DNA from: Mobula hypostoma
Lineage: Eukaryota
Assembly (NCBI RefSeq): GCF_963921235.1
Contig: NC_086097.1
Span: forward strand, 45,634,001 to 45,698,000
Length of the DNA: 64,000 nucleotides
Reading direction: 5' to 3'
This document shows, in pieces, positions 1 to 11,263 of this stretch. Every line of letters starts with the position of its first letter. The stretch's first letter is position 1. Under the pieces are notes generated by a model, which saw nothing but the letters and a program-made list of their open reading frames with translations, ran no database searches and was not told the origin of the DNA. Position numbers and translations under genes: made by a program.

Positions 1-1037
1 CACCAAGAGCACAACATGCAATGCTGAAGGAGGTGAAAAAGAACCCAAGGCTAACAACAAAAGACCTGCAGAAATCTCTAGAACTTGCTAAGGTCTCTGC
101 TCATCTGTCCACTGTAAGGAAAACACTGAACAAGGATGGTGTTCATGGAAGGATAACACGGAGGAAACCACTGCTGTCCAAAAAAAAAAACATTGCTGCA
201 TGTCTCAGGTTTGCAAAAGACCACTTGGATGTTCTACAGTGCTTCTGGGACAATGTGGACAGAAGAGACAAAAGTTGAACTTTTGGGCAGAAATGCACAT
301 TGTTTGGAGGAAAAAGAGCACTGCACACTAACACCAAAACCTCATCCCAATTCTGAAGCATGGTGGTTTGGGGCTACATTGCTGCCTCAGGGCCTGAACA
401 GCTTGCGGTCATTGAGGGAGCAATGAATTCAAAATTGTATCAAGACATTTTACTGGAGAATATCGGAGTAGCAATCCGTCACCTGAAGCTCAATAGAAGT
501 TGGATAATGCAACAAGTCAATAATCTGAAAGACAAGAGTAGATCAACCACAGAATGGTTTTTTAAAAAAAAAAGAAGAAAATTTGTGTTTTGGAATGGCT
601 GAGTCAAAGTCCTGACCTTTAATCCAATAGAAGTGTTGTGGAAGGACCTGGAGCAGGCAGTTCATGCAAGGAAACTCACCAACATCCCAGAGTTGAAGCA
701 GTTTTGTAAGGAGGAATGGCCTAAAATTCCTCCAAGCCGATACGCTGGACTGATCAACAGTTACCAGAAACATTTGGTTGAAGTTATTGCTGTACAAGGG
801 AGTCACACCAGTTATTGAAAGCAAAGGTTCACATACTTTTTCCAACAAATATATATAATATTGGATCATTTTTCTCAATAAATAAATGAACAAGTATTAT
901 TTTTTGTGTTATTTATTTAATTAGGTTCTCCTTGTCTAGTTTTAGAACTTACATAAAGATCTGATCACATTTTAGGTCATATTTATGCAGAAATAGAGAA
1001 ATTTCTACAGGGTTCACAAACTTTCTAGCACCCTGTG
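1..1037 (+). mobile_element. Tc1-family DNA transposon remnant (3' part of frameshifted transposase plus right IR/DR terminal repeat)
   Basis: ORFs 21-278, 193-426, 360-602 and 633-818 give consecutive Tc1 motifs (RRKPLLSKK; WTEETKVELLG; MVVWGYIAASG; QQxNN..K; SPDLNPIEVLW). The motif ggttcaca(t/a)acttt occurs at ~826 and ~1012, as expected for IR/DR ends. Confidence 0.9.
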
Positions 1038-1094
1038 TATTGTATTAAGGAATTGGCATACAGCTTTTCAATGTATTGAATTCAATTGAATGAT

Positions 1095-1705
1095 CTTTAT
1101 TGTCATTATACATAGGTACAATGAAACTCTGTTTGGCTTCCTCTCAGGTAATTAAATAAAGTGGTAGATGTAAAACAAGACAGTAATAGAAGAACAGTAT
1201 TAAATAGATAAGTAGCAGAAAATAAGTTGCAACAGCACCAGAATTTCACAGTAATGCACAAAGTGCTGTTAGTACAAGTATTTGAGTGCTTGTGTGTGGA
1301 TGTGTGTGCTCACAGTTTCAGTCATTGTTCTGTGGGAGTGGTGTCATGGAGGCCACAGCTGTTCCTCAGTCTACTTGTTCTGGCTTTTAATGTCCTGAAC
1401 CTTTTGCCGGACGGCAGCGGGTCAAACAGGGAGTGGCCGGGGTGTGTGGTGTCTCTGGTTATGCTGATTGCTTTCCTCCTGAGTCTGCTGGAATAGATGG
1501 TATCCAGTCCTGGGAGCTCCATCCTGACAATTCACTGGGCCGCCTTCACCACGCGATGCAGGTCTTGTCACTCAGCGGCTGTGCAGCTGGCATACCACAC
1601 TGTGGCGCTGTTGATCAGGATGGTTTCAATTGTGCTTCTGTCGAAGTTAAGCAACAGCTTTTGTGGGAGTTTAGCCTGTTTCAGCTTTCTGAAGAAGAAG
1701 AGTCT
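1095..1705 (-). mobile_element. Rex1/Babar-type LINE 3' fragment
   Basis: ORF 1322-1522(-) LPGLDTIYSSRLRRKAISITRDTTHPGHSLFDPLPSGKRFRTLKARTSRLRNS resembles the Rex1 RT C-terminus; AATAAA near 1095-1100 on the minus strand. Confidence 0.75.
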
Positions 1706-2794
1706 TTGTACACTACCAGAATTAAAATATTGCAAGAGAATATGAGCTCAACTTAACACTTTTTCGATGTGCTCTACTTGAATAGTGTTGAAATACAGCT
1801 AGCCTTTACTGTCGCAGTAAGAACATCAAAGCATGATCAGGTAGAGTCAACATGATTTTATGAAGAGGAAATGTGTGACAAATCTAACAGCAATAGTATT
1901 AACAGGCTAGATAAACAGGAAACACTAGACATGGTAGATCCAGATTTTCATGGCCAGTATGTTCCTGTAAGGGGGAAATGGAAAAAAGAGAATTCCAAGG
2001 AACACTGGCTGTCACGGGATATTAAGAGTTTGGGTTCTCAGATAAGCACGTGGCACGTGTGGAGCGCTGAAAATGGGTAAGGTCCTTCAGGCACATAGAA
2101 TGAATATGGAGGTACTTAAGAATAAAGGAAGTTATGAGGTGGAAAAAAGGTCAATAAAATATTGCTGGTAGACAAGACTTGATAGAGTGTACAAAATGAG
2201 GCACAGATCAAGAGACTTTTTTTCCAGGATGGAAGTGGCTAATACAAGGGGGCATAATATTTAGATTGATCTTAAAGTAAGATTAGAGTAGTTTAAAAAG
2301 TTGAACTGGTGGCTGAAGGGCCTGTACTTGTTCTATTACTTTCCCATACAAAGCCATGCTGATTCCTCCTGATTCAACAATTGTCTATCCAGATGATAGA
2401 CTATCTCAGAATTCCCTCCAGTATCTTCCCCATTGCTGATGTCGGGCTGAATGATCTCCAGTTCCTGAATTGTCCTTGCTACTCTTTTTAACCAGACATT
2501 AGCCACTTTCTAGTCTTTGAGACTGGCTAACAATGAAGCAAAAATCTTTGCAAGGCCCTCTATAATTTCTAGTCTGGTCTCCCACAAATTCCAATTATTG
2601 ACCCTAATTCACTTTAGGGCTGAAAATACCTTCTCCCTGGCCCTCCAAAACGTCTTCACTTGTTTCCCTGAGCAACCATGATTTTCTTCTCAATAAAGTT
2701 ACTGCCTGTTATGCTGCTGGCATTTAAAGCAGCAATGAAGGTCCTCCATTTCTGCCTCTACAGTATGGTGCCAAGTAGTCTTTGGTCTCCTGCT

Positions 2795-5172
2795 TTTATA
2801 GACAATAGGTGCAGGAGTAGGCCATTCAGCCCTTTGAGCCAGCACCACCATTCACTGTGATCATGGCTGATCATCCACAATCAGTACCCTTTTCCTGCCT
2901 TCTCCCCATATCCCTTCACTCCGCTATCTTTAACAGCTCTATCTAACTCTTTTTTTGAAAGAATCCAAAGAGTTGGCCTCCACTGCCTTCTGAGGCAGAG
3001 CATTCCACAGAACCACAACCCTCTGTGTGAAAAAGTTTTCCCTCAACTCCATTCTAAATTGTCTACCCCTTATTCCTAAACTGTGGCCTCTGGTTCTGGA
3101 CTCACCCAACATCGGGAACATGTTTCCTGCCTCTAGCGTGTCCAATCCCTTAATAATCTTATATGTTTCAATCAGATCCCCTCTCATCCTTCTAAATTCC
3201 AGTGTATACAACCCCAGTTGCTCCAATCTTTCAACATATGACAGTCCTGCCATCCCAGGAATTAACCTCGTGAACCTATGCTGCACTCCCTCCATAGCTA
3301 GAATGTTCTTCCTCAAATTTGGAGACCAAAACTGTACACAATATTCCAGGTGTGGTCTCACCAGGGCCCTGTACAACTGCAGAAGGACCTCTTTGCTCCT
3401 GTACTCAATTTCCCTTGTTATGAAGGCCAGCATGCCATTAGCTTTCTTCACTGCCTGCTGTACCTGCATGCTTACTTTCAGTGACTGATGAACAAGGACA
3501 CCTAGATCTTGCTGTACTTCCCCTTTTCCTAACTTGACACCATTCAGATAGTAATCTGCCTTCCTGTTCTTGCCACCAAAGTGGATAACCTCACATTTAT
3601 CCACATCAAACTGCATCTGCCCACTCACCCAATCTGTCCAAGTCACCCTGCATTCTCATAACATCCTCCTCACATTTCACACTGCCACCCAACTTTGTCA
3701 TCTGCAAATTTGCTAATGTTACTTTTAATTCCTCCATCTAAATCATTAATGTGTATTGTAAATAGCTGCGGCCCCAGCACTGAGCCTTGCGGTACCCCAC
3801 TAGTCACTGCCTGCCATTCTGAAAAGGACCCATTAATCCCTACTCTTTGTTTCCTGTCTGCCAACTAATTTTCTATCCATGTCAGTACCCTACCCCCAAT
3901 ACCATTTGCTCGAATTTTGCCCACTAACCTCCTATGTGGGACCTTATCAAAGGCTTTTTGAAAGTCCAGGTACACTACATCCACTGGCTTTCCCATGTCC
4001 ATTTTCATAGTCACGTTCTCAAAAAATTCCAGAAGATTAGTCAAGCATGACTTCCCCTTCGTAAATCCATGCTGACTCAGACCTATCCTGCCACTGCTAT
4101 TCAAATATGCTGCTATTACATCTTTTATAATTGATTCCAGCATCTTCCCCACCACTGATGTCAGACTAACTGGTCTATTATTGCCTGTTTTCTCTCTCCC
4201 TCCTTTCTTAAAAAGTGGGATAACATTAGCTACCCTACAATCCGCAGGAACTGATCCTGAATCTCTAGAACATTGGAAAATGATTACCAATGCATCCACA
4301 ATTTCTAGAGCCACCTCCTTAAGTACCCTGGGATGCAGGCCATCAGGCCCTGGGGATTTATCAACCTTCAGTCCCATCAATTTACCCAACACCATTTTGT
4401 GCCTGATGCAAATTTCCTTCAGTTCCTCTGTTACCCTAGGTCCTCTGGCCACTATTACATCTGGGAGATTGTTTGTGTCTTCCCTAGTGAAGACAGATCC
4501 AAAGTACCTGTTCTTTGTCTGCCATTTCCTTGTTCCCGAGAATAATTTCACCCGTTTCTCTCTTCAAGGGCCCAACTTTGGTCTTAACTAATTTTTTTTC
4601 TCTTCACATACCTAAAGAAGCTTTTACTATCCTCCTTTATATTTTTGGCTAGCTTACCTTCGTACCTCATCTTTTCCCCCTGTATTGCCTTTTTAGTTAT
4701 CTTCTGTTGCTCCTTAAAAGTCTCCCAACCCTCTGGTTTCCCACTCATCCTTGCTATGTTATACTTCCTCCCTTTTATTTTTATACTGTCCTTAACTTCC
4801 CTTGTCATCCATGGTTGCCGCTTACTCCTCTTGGAACCTTTCTTCCTCTTTGGAATGAACTGATCCTGCACCTTCTGTATTATTCCCAGAAGTACCTGCC
4901 ATTGTTGTTCCACTGTCATCCCTGCTAGGGTATCTTTCCAATCGACTTTGGCCAGCTCCTTCCTCATGGGTCCATAGTCCCCTTTGTTCAACTGTAATAC
5001 TGACACTTCTGATCTTGCCTTCTCCCTGTCAAATTGTAGATTAAAACTTATCATATTATGGTCACTACCTCCTAATGGCTCCTTTACCTCGAGTTCCCTT
5101 ATCAAATCTGGCTCATTACACAACACTAAATCCAGAATTGCCTTCTCCCTCATAGGCTCTAATACAAGCTGC
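2795..5172 (-). mobile_element. CR1 (HER-type) LINE, 5'-truncated, disrupted ORF2
   Basis: ORFs 4584-5153, 3865-4551, 3670-3864 and 2939-3646 carry [54 protein letters not shown] and LEYCVQFWSP, followed by a CR1 3' UTR. Confidence 0.95.
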
Positions 5173-5519
5173 TGTCCTCTTCCTCTGCTTTTCAGGGGTC
5201 CAATGAAATTCTATTTTGACCTGTCTTCTCATCACGTGCCTAAATCCATCTCCAACATTTCTGCTAGATGATTGTGGCCATGTCCTCTTGGTGACACTGA
5301 AGAAGTAGGGCGTGTTTGGAGATCTTTCTTGGCCAAAAAATGTGGAGGATCTTCGGGAGGCTCATGGTGCAGAATGACAACAGCTTGGCAAGGCCGTTCT
5401 CTGTCATGCTCCTCAGGAAACACGGGAGGAAGATTCATGAAAAATCCCACCCAGCTCCTGTGGTTGAAGACATGGGCAGCCCTGCTGATCTCAAAGAAGG
5501 CCTACTATGTCTCTGTTCA

Positions 5520-7930
5520 GCTTTTAATATAGCTGTGGAACCTCTTGGGATTTTCCTTAACATATTTATGCCGTCCATATTGTACCCTCTCTTTACACTC
5601 CAGCTTTCCCTCGTCAGGTTGTTCTTTAACATTTTATAGTCATGATGGGATTCACTTATCCCTGACCTTTTTAAATCTTTTTATTGAATAAGTATACAAA
5701 AAGGTAAGCCATATAGACACTAATACACTGTTAGAATATAATAAAATTACAGGAAATGTTAATACAGATAAAAAATGATACAAACAATGTAATTTAAACA
5801 TAACATAATAAGGTAACATAATAGTATACTAATTTTTATATATATATAGAGAGAAAAGGAAAAAAAAAACCCCAAAAAAACCCACCGTGCAACTAAACTA
5901 AAAGCAAAGCAAAGCAATGGGCTAACTTGGAACCAAGTAGAATTAAAGAACTTAAAATCACGTCCTCAAACCCGACCTCCATAAAAAACAGTAAAAAAAA
6001 AACAAGAAGGGAATATAAATATGGAGCAAAAAGAGAAGAAAAAAAAATTACATTAAATGAAAATATTGAATAAAAGATCTCCAGGTCTGTTCAAATTTAA
6101 GTGAGGAATCATAGAGATTGCTTCTAATTTTCTCTAAATTCAAGCATAATATCGTCTGAGAAAACCAAAAAAAAGGTAGTTGGAGCATTAAGCTCTTTCC
6201 AATGTTGTAAGATACATCTTTTCGCCATTAAAGTAAGAAATGCAATCATTCTACGGGCTGAAGGAGAAAGATTACTGGAAATTTTAGGTAATCCAAAGAT
6301 AGCAGTAATAGGGTGAGGAGAGATATCTATATTCAATACCTTTGAGATAATATTAAAAATGTCTCTCCGAAAAGTTTCCAGAGTAGGACAAGACCAAAAC
6401 ATATGAGTTAAAGAGGCTATCTGCCCCGGACATCTATCACAAAAAAGGATTAATATGAGAATAAAAATGAGCTAATTTATCTTTGGACATATGTGCTCTA
6501 TGAACAACTTTAAATTGAATTAGGGAATGTTTAGCACAGATAGAGGAAGTATTGACTAATTGTAAAATCTGCCCCCAGTCATCCACAGAAATGATAGAAC
6601 CCAATTCCTGTTCCCAATCTACCCTAATCTTATCAAATGGAGCTTTCCTAAGTTTCATAATAATATAAATCATAGCCGATGCACCTTTCTGACATGGATT
6701 AAGGTTAATTATAGTATCTAAAATATATGTAGGAGGAAGCATTGGAAAGGAAGAAAGTATAGTACTTGGGAAATTTCTAACTTGTAGATATCTAAAAAAA
6801 TGTATTCTTGATAAATTATATTTATTAGATAATTGTTCAAGAGACATAAGGGAACCATCTAAAAATAAATCCAAAAACCATGAAATACCCTTAGTCTTCC
6901 AAATTTGAAAAGCACGATCTGTGAAAGAGGGAGGAAAAAATATGTTACCTAAAATAGGAATCGCTAGCCCAAATTGGTTAAGATCAAAAAATTTTCTGAA
7001 TTGAAACCAAATACGTAAGGTATATTTAACTATCGGGTTAGAGACCTGTTTGAGGCGTTTCAAATCAAAAGGAAGAGAGGAACCTAAAATAGAGCCAAGT
7101 GTATAGCCCTGAACAGATTGTAATTCCAATGCTACCCATTTAGGAATGGATAGTATATCCTGGTCAAGTAACCAAAATTTCATATGTCGAATATTAATTG
7201 CCCAATAATAGAATCTAAAGTTAGGTAATGCTAAACCTCCATCTCTCTCCCTGACCTCCTAAACCTAATGTATGCTCCCTTTCTTTCCCCCCCAACAAGA
7301 GCCTGACAACATCTCTCATCAGCCGTGGTTCCCTGAACCTACCAGACTCGATGGGCTGAATGGCCTAATTCTGTTCCCGTGCATTATGGTCTTAACAGGA
7401 ACATGCTGCTCCGAGGCATTTGCCATTACACTCTTAAAAGCCTCTCACTTGCCATGTGTTCCTTTCCCTTAAAACAACCTCATACAATCAACTCTGCTGG
7501 ATCCTGTTTAATTCCCCACCCCTAAATTAGCCCTGCTTCAGTTTGAAAACCAAACCTAACCTTTTCCATCACTATCTTAAAACTAATAGGATTATTGTCA
7601 GTAGAGCCAAAGTGATCACTGACTGCCAACTCAGTTACTTGCCCTACCTTGTTCCCTGAGAGGTGGTCTGGTATGGCACGCTCCTGCATAGGGCCCTCAG
7701 GAAACTTTCCTGGACAGATTTCACAAATTCCACCTTGTCCATGGCGTTAACACTCAGTCAATACCGGGAAAATTAAAATCTCCCCCAATACAGCTCTATT
7801 ATTCTTACAACAATGGGGAATTTCTCTACACACCTACTCATCCAGTTCCTGCAGACTATTGGGTGTCTCTTAACACACCCCCACTGTAATGACGCTCCCT
7901 TACTATGAAGTACTACTGATACGACCTCTC
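5520..7930 (-). mobile_element. Old, highly degraded CR1 fragment split by an L1 insertion
   Basis: Minus-strand KENPKRFHSYIKS near 5520-5560 and endonuclease-like remnants at ~7400-7900 on the other side of the L1. Confidence 0.5.
5669..7247 (-). mobile_element. L1-clade LINE, 5'-truncated, with 10-bp TSD
   Basis: ORFs 6437-7183 and 6124-6402 encode the L1 ORF2 C-terminus (GGLALPNFRFYYWA; HMFWSCP). TSD tccctgacct at 5659-5668 and 7248-7257. Confidence 0.92.
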
Positions 7931-8994
7931 TGGACAATCGCCAAGAATTTCATCTCTGAGTACTGCTATACAGTACTTAGAATAAATACAAAAGTGCAGG
8001 CATCTTGCTCTAATATGCATGAATTTTGTAAGATCTCCGTTGTAATACTGTACAGCTTTGGTCGCAGAATCAGAATCTTTAGCTAAATAAAAAATTAGAT
8101 TCCCCTTGGAGTCCATGTAGCATAGAATTATTGAGTTTTTAGAATGAGGGGATTATCTTCCAAGGAGTGATGTTTAAGAATCACATTCTTTTAAGTTACA
8201 TTGGCCATAACAAGTGATTCCTTTGAGACAAAGGAAATTGTGAACAAGATCAATAAATAGAAGCTGAATGGTTAGACCACTCAATACCATGAGGAGACTT
8301 CCCTTGCTATGCATGTTTTAGATATTTGGAATTCTTTCTGTCTGAATGTCGAAGTTGCTTGTTCTTGCTCAGTTGTTGAGTATATTCAAACTGGAGATCA
8401 GTGGAGTTCCAGAGTCTCAAGGAAAATGAGATTTTTGAATTCTTTTTGTGTACTTGGGATCAGTGCTGATTTTGAATGGTGGATCTGGTGCAAGGGGTTA
8501 TATGGCTCATCTATTTTTTTTTGCAGTATGTAAATTGTTATAAATAAGGAGATGCCATTTTGAGGATAGTAGGATAGTTACAGTTCCAGGTGAAATATTT
8601 TATTACCTTTTATGTACATGTTTCCCCAATAAAAGATTTGATTTAATAATTAGTTTTAGGCTTGTTGTTAAAGCTCTAGGCATTGTAATATTTAGTCAAG
8701 CACACTTTTAAATGTAAGGAGATGTAACTGAACAATGGCCAATTCATCAATCTATCTTCTGGCCTGTTCTCCACTTTTTCCTCAGAAGAATTTGGTCAAA
8801 TTCCTCCTCTACTCTTTCCTTACATTCAGTGTCTCAGAACAATTGGTGCAAAATTTCATGTGTGGGGTGTAATCAACATTTAGTCTTCATTTTGGCTGTA
8901 ATTCTAAACAAATGTTTCATTACAAAATCATTTATCCTCTTCACGGGCTCAGTGTCTGCCTCCCATTCCTAAAAGTGTTTGTTTTCCTCTTCAG

Positions 8995-9143
8995 GAAGCA
9001 TAAAATTAGCAGGCCTAGCTTGTGGAGGTCAGCACGTGTGGGCTTGTGATGTTGATGGAATTGTTTATTTCCGTGTGGGGACACAACCATTAAACCCCAG
9101 CATGATGCTGCCTGCTTGGATAACCATTGAACCACCAGAACAG
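8995..9143 (+). CDS. TECPR2: TECPR2 coding exon (4th from last)
   Basis: Acceptor ttttcctcttcAG and donor GTaggt. Encodes (G)SIKLAGLACGGQHVWACDVDGIVYFRVGTQPLNPSMMLPAWITIEPPEQ, matching the recalled vertebrate TECPR2 C-terminal tectonin repeats. Ends in phase 0. Confidence 0.95.
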
Positions 9144-9439
9144 GTAGGTGGCAGACAGGATTTTGTTTGTCGTTCCAATAAAGGATATTCATCTCTAGAA
9201 ATTTAACCCTTCTACAGTTGAGTGTCCTAACTTGGATATGGAAAGCAGTGTAAAGTTTACTCTTACAGCTCCAAACCTTTAATCAGAACATCTTCAAACT
9301 AGAATCAGCTTTGAAGGTTTTAATTTCCCAAATTACCTGCACTTGTGACTTTTATGTCAATCCATGAGATTGGACAAAAATTTGACAGAGATTGTAAGAT
9401 TAAAAATTACTTGTGGGGTCAACCAAAGAAAGATTTTTT

Positions 9440-9925
9440 GCAACACATGCAAAATGCTGGAGGAAATCATCAGGTCAAGCAGCGTCTATGGAAATAAATA
9501 AACAGTCGATGTTTCAGGCCAAGACCCTTCTTCAGGACTGGAAAGGAAGGGGAAGAAGCCAGAATAAGGTGGTGGGAGAGGGGAAGGAGGGCAAGCTTGA
9601 AGAGATAGGTGAACTCTGGTGGGTGGGGGAGGAGAATGAAGTAAGAAGCTGGGAAGTGATAGGTGGAGAGAAAAAGGAGGAGGAGCATTGGTGGGAGTGG
9701 GAAAGTGGTAGGCAGGTGAGGAGAAGAGGTAAAGGGGAAGCCATAATGGGATATTGAAGAAGAGAAAATGGGGCAGGGGTAAAATTACTGAAGTTGGAGA
9801 AGTTAATGTTCATGCCTTCAGGCTGGAAGCTCCCCAGACAGAATATGTGTTGCTCCTCTAATCTGAGAGTGGCCTCATCATGGCAGTAGAGGAGGACGGT
9901 GATTGACATATCAGAATGGAATAGG
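9440..9925 (-). mobile_element. Penelope-like element 3' end / pseudo-LTR
   Basis: ORF 9532-9996(-) contains CHDEATLRLEEQHIFCLGSFQPEGMNINFSNF, homologous to the end of the GIY-YIG element at 46200-47416; same terminal repeat. Confidence 0.8.
9503..9540 (-). ncRNA. Putative minimal type-I hammerhead ribozyme in Penelope pLTR
   Basis: Minus strand reads CAGUC-CUGAAGA-AGGGUCUUGGCCU-GAAA-CAUC-GACUG: CUGANGA and GAAA cores, 5-bp stem I, AGG/CCU stem II, AUC cleavage triplet. Confidence 0.7.
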
Positions 9926-11263
9926 GATTGGAAACTTGATTTTGTTGCTGGTTCTGAAGGGATCTTTGAAATTATTGAGTCCAATAGGATGAACATGAGG
10001 AAAAAATTAAGCTGAGAAGGTATAAATTGTTCCTATCGAGTGGTTAAGATGAATTTTATAGACAAATTGAGAAGTTGTAAAAGGGAATAGAATATAATAT
10101 TGATAGGGTGAGATTCAGTAAGTTGAGAGGAGCCTCATTTAGAACATAAGCAACATGTGGATATCATGGGTTGAAAGATTTGCAGCTGTGTTGTGAATTT
10201 GTGTTCTAATTAATTTTTCACAAGCGTTTCTTTGTGGTTTATGTTTATGTGGAAATTATTTGGATTTTAACACCAATTGCACAAGGATAATGCTACTTTT
10301 TTACATCATTTTGAATCTGCTGTGCTGCTCAATTTTAAAGCTTCCACAGTTGTACTACTTTCTCCTCCCCACATGCACCAGTCTAATTACCTGTCTTAAC
10401 CTTATCTTCACATGACAATGATTCACCTGGAGCCTTAAACACACGGTGTATTTTTGTACATGTACAAAGGTGGCAATTAAAGCAAGGTTGTTTAACAATG
10501 GAGGTTGAATATGAATCAGTCTAGTATCTGTATGTACAGTCTCCAGGTGAGCATGGAGGAAAATCTCAATAATTTCTCCATAAACACCACAGCTGTTTGT
10601 ACTGAGCCGTTAGTACAACAAAAACGAAGATTAAACAAAATCATAAGGTAAATAGTCGAACTACTTTGTAAATTGAACACTTTAAGCATCTAAAAAGATG
10701 TATATTATTATGAAGAAATCATCCATACATTGATTTGAAGTCTGATTAGAGCATTTTCTCCAGAGGTCTGACATCAAGCACGTGAATGTCAATATTTTTC
10801 CTTGACCTTGGAGCCATCCTTAATCAATTTTAAAACATTGAATCTGAAAATACTCAGTGCATGGAGATTGTAAGTACAGCCAGTTATCTTAACAGTCATT
10901 AACAGTTATTTGATTATAAGTTTACAAATTAGTTCCAACATTTAAGCCAAATTGAAATTAATGATTAGTTTCTGCTGATAATTGGAAGGTTAATGGATTT
11001 GGAGCATGAATGAAACTTTGAGAGGTTCAAGCATGTGTGGCTAAATTTCTGTTCTGCAGAACTTAGTTCAGCCCACCCTTGGGTATCATGGTTTCTGAGA
11101 CATTGTAATTTTGAACAACTGTCTGCAGAGATGCTTTCTGTTTCTGAGTAAGTTCAGCTTCTAAGCTGATAACTATATCTGGACTAACGGCTTTAAAATT
11201 CCCCATCTCCTGCTCTCAGAAGACACCTACACCTAAGTGAATTGTTTAAATCCCGCTTAAGTT

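Noticed and set aside
3027..4928. Long plus-strand ORFs (e.g. 3027-3488, 4181-4591)
   Set aside because: Antisense frames of CR1 ORF2, a common artefact.
5173..5520. Acceptor-like ctctgcttttcAG followed by ORFs 5272-5532 and 5316-5639, as a possible upstream TECPR2 exon
   Set aside because: No resemblance to recalled TECPR2 sequence and no convincing donor; it lies between repeat fragments and its origin is unresolved.
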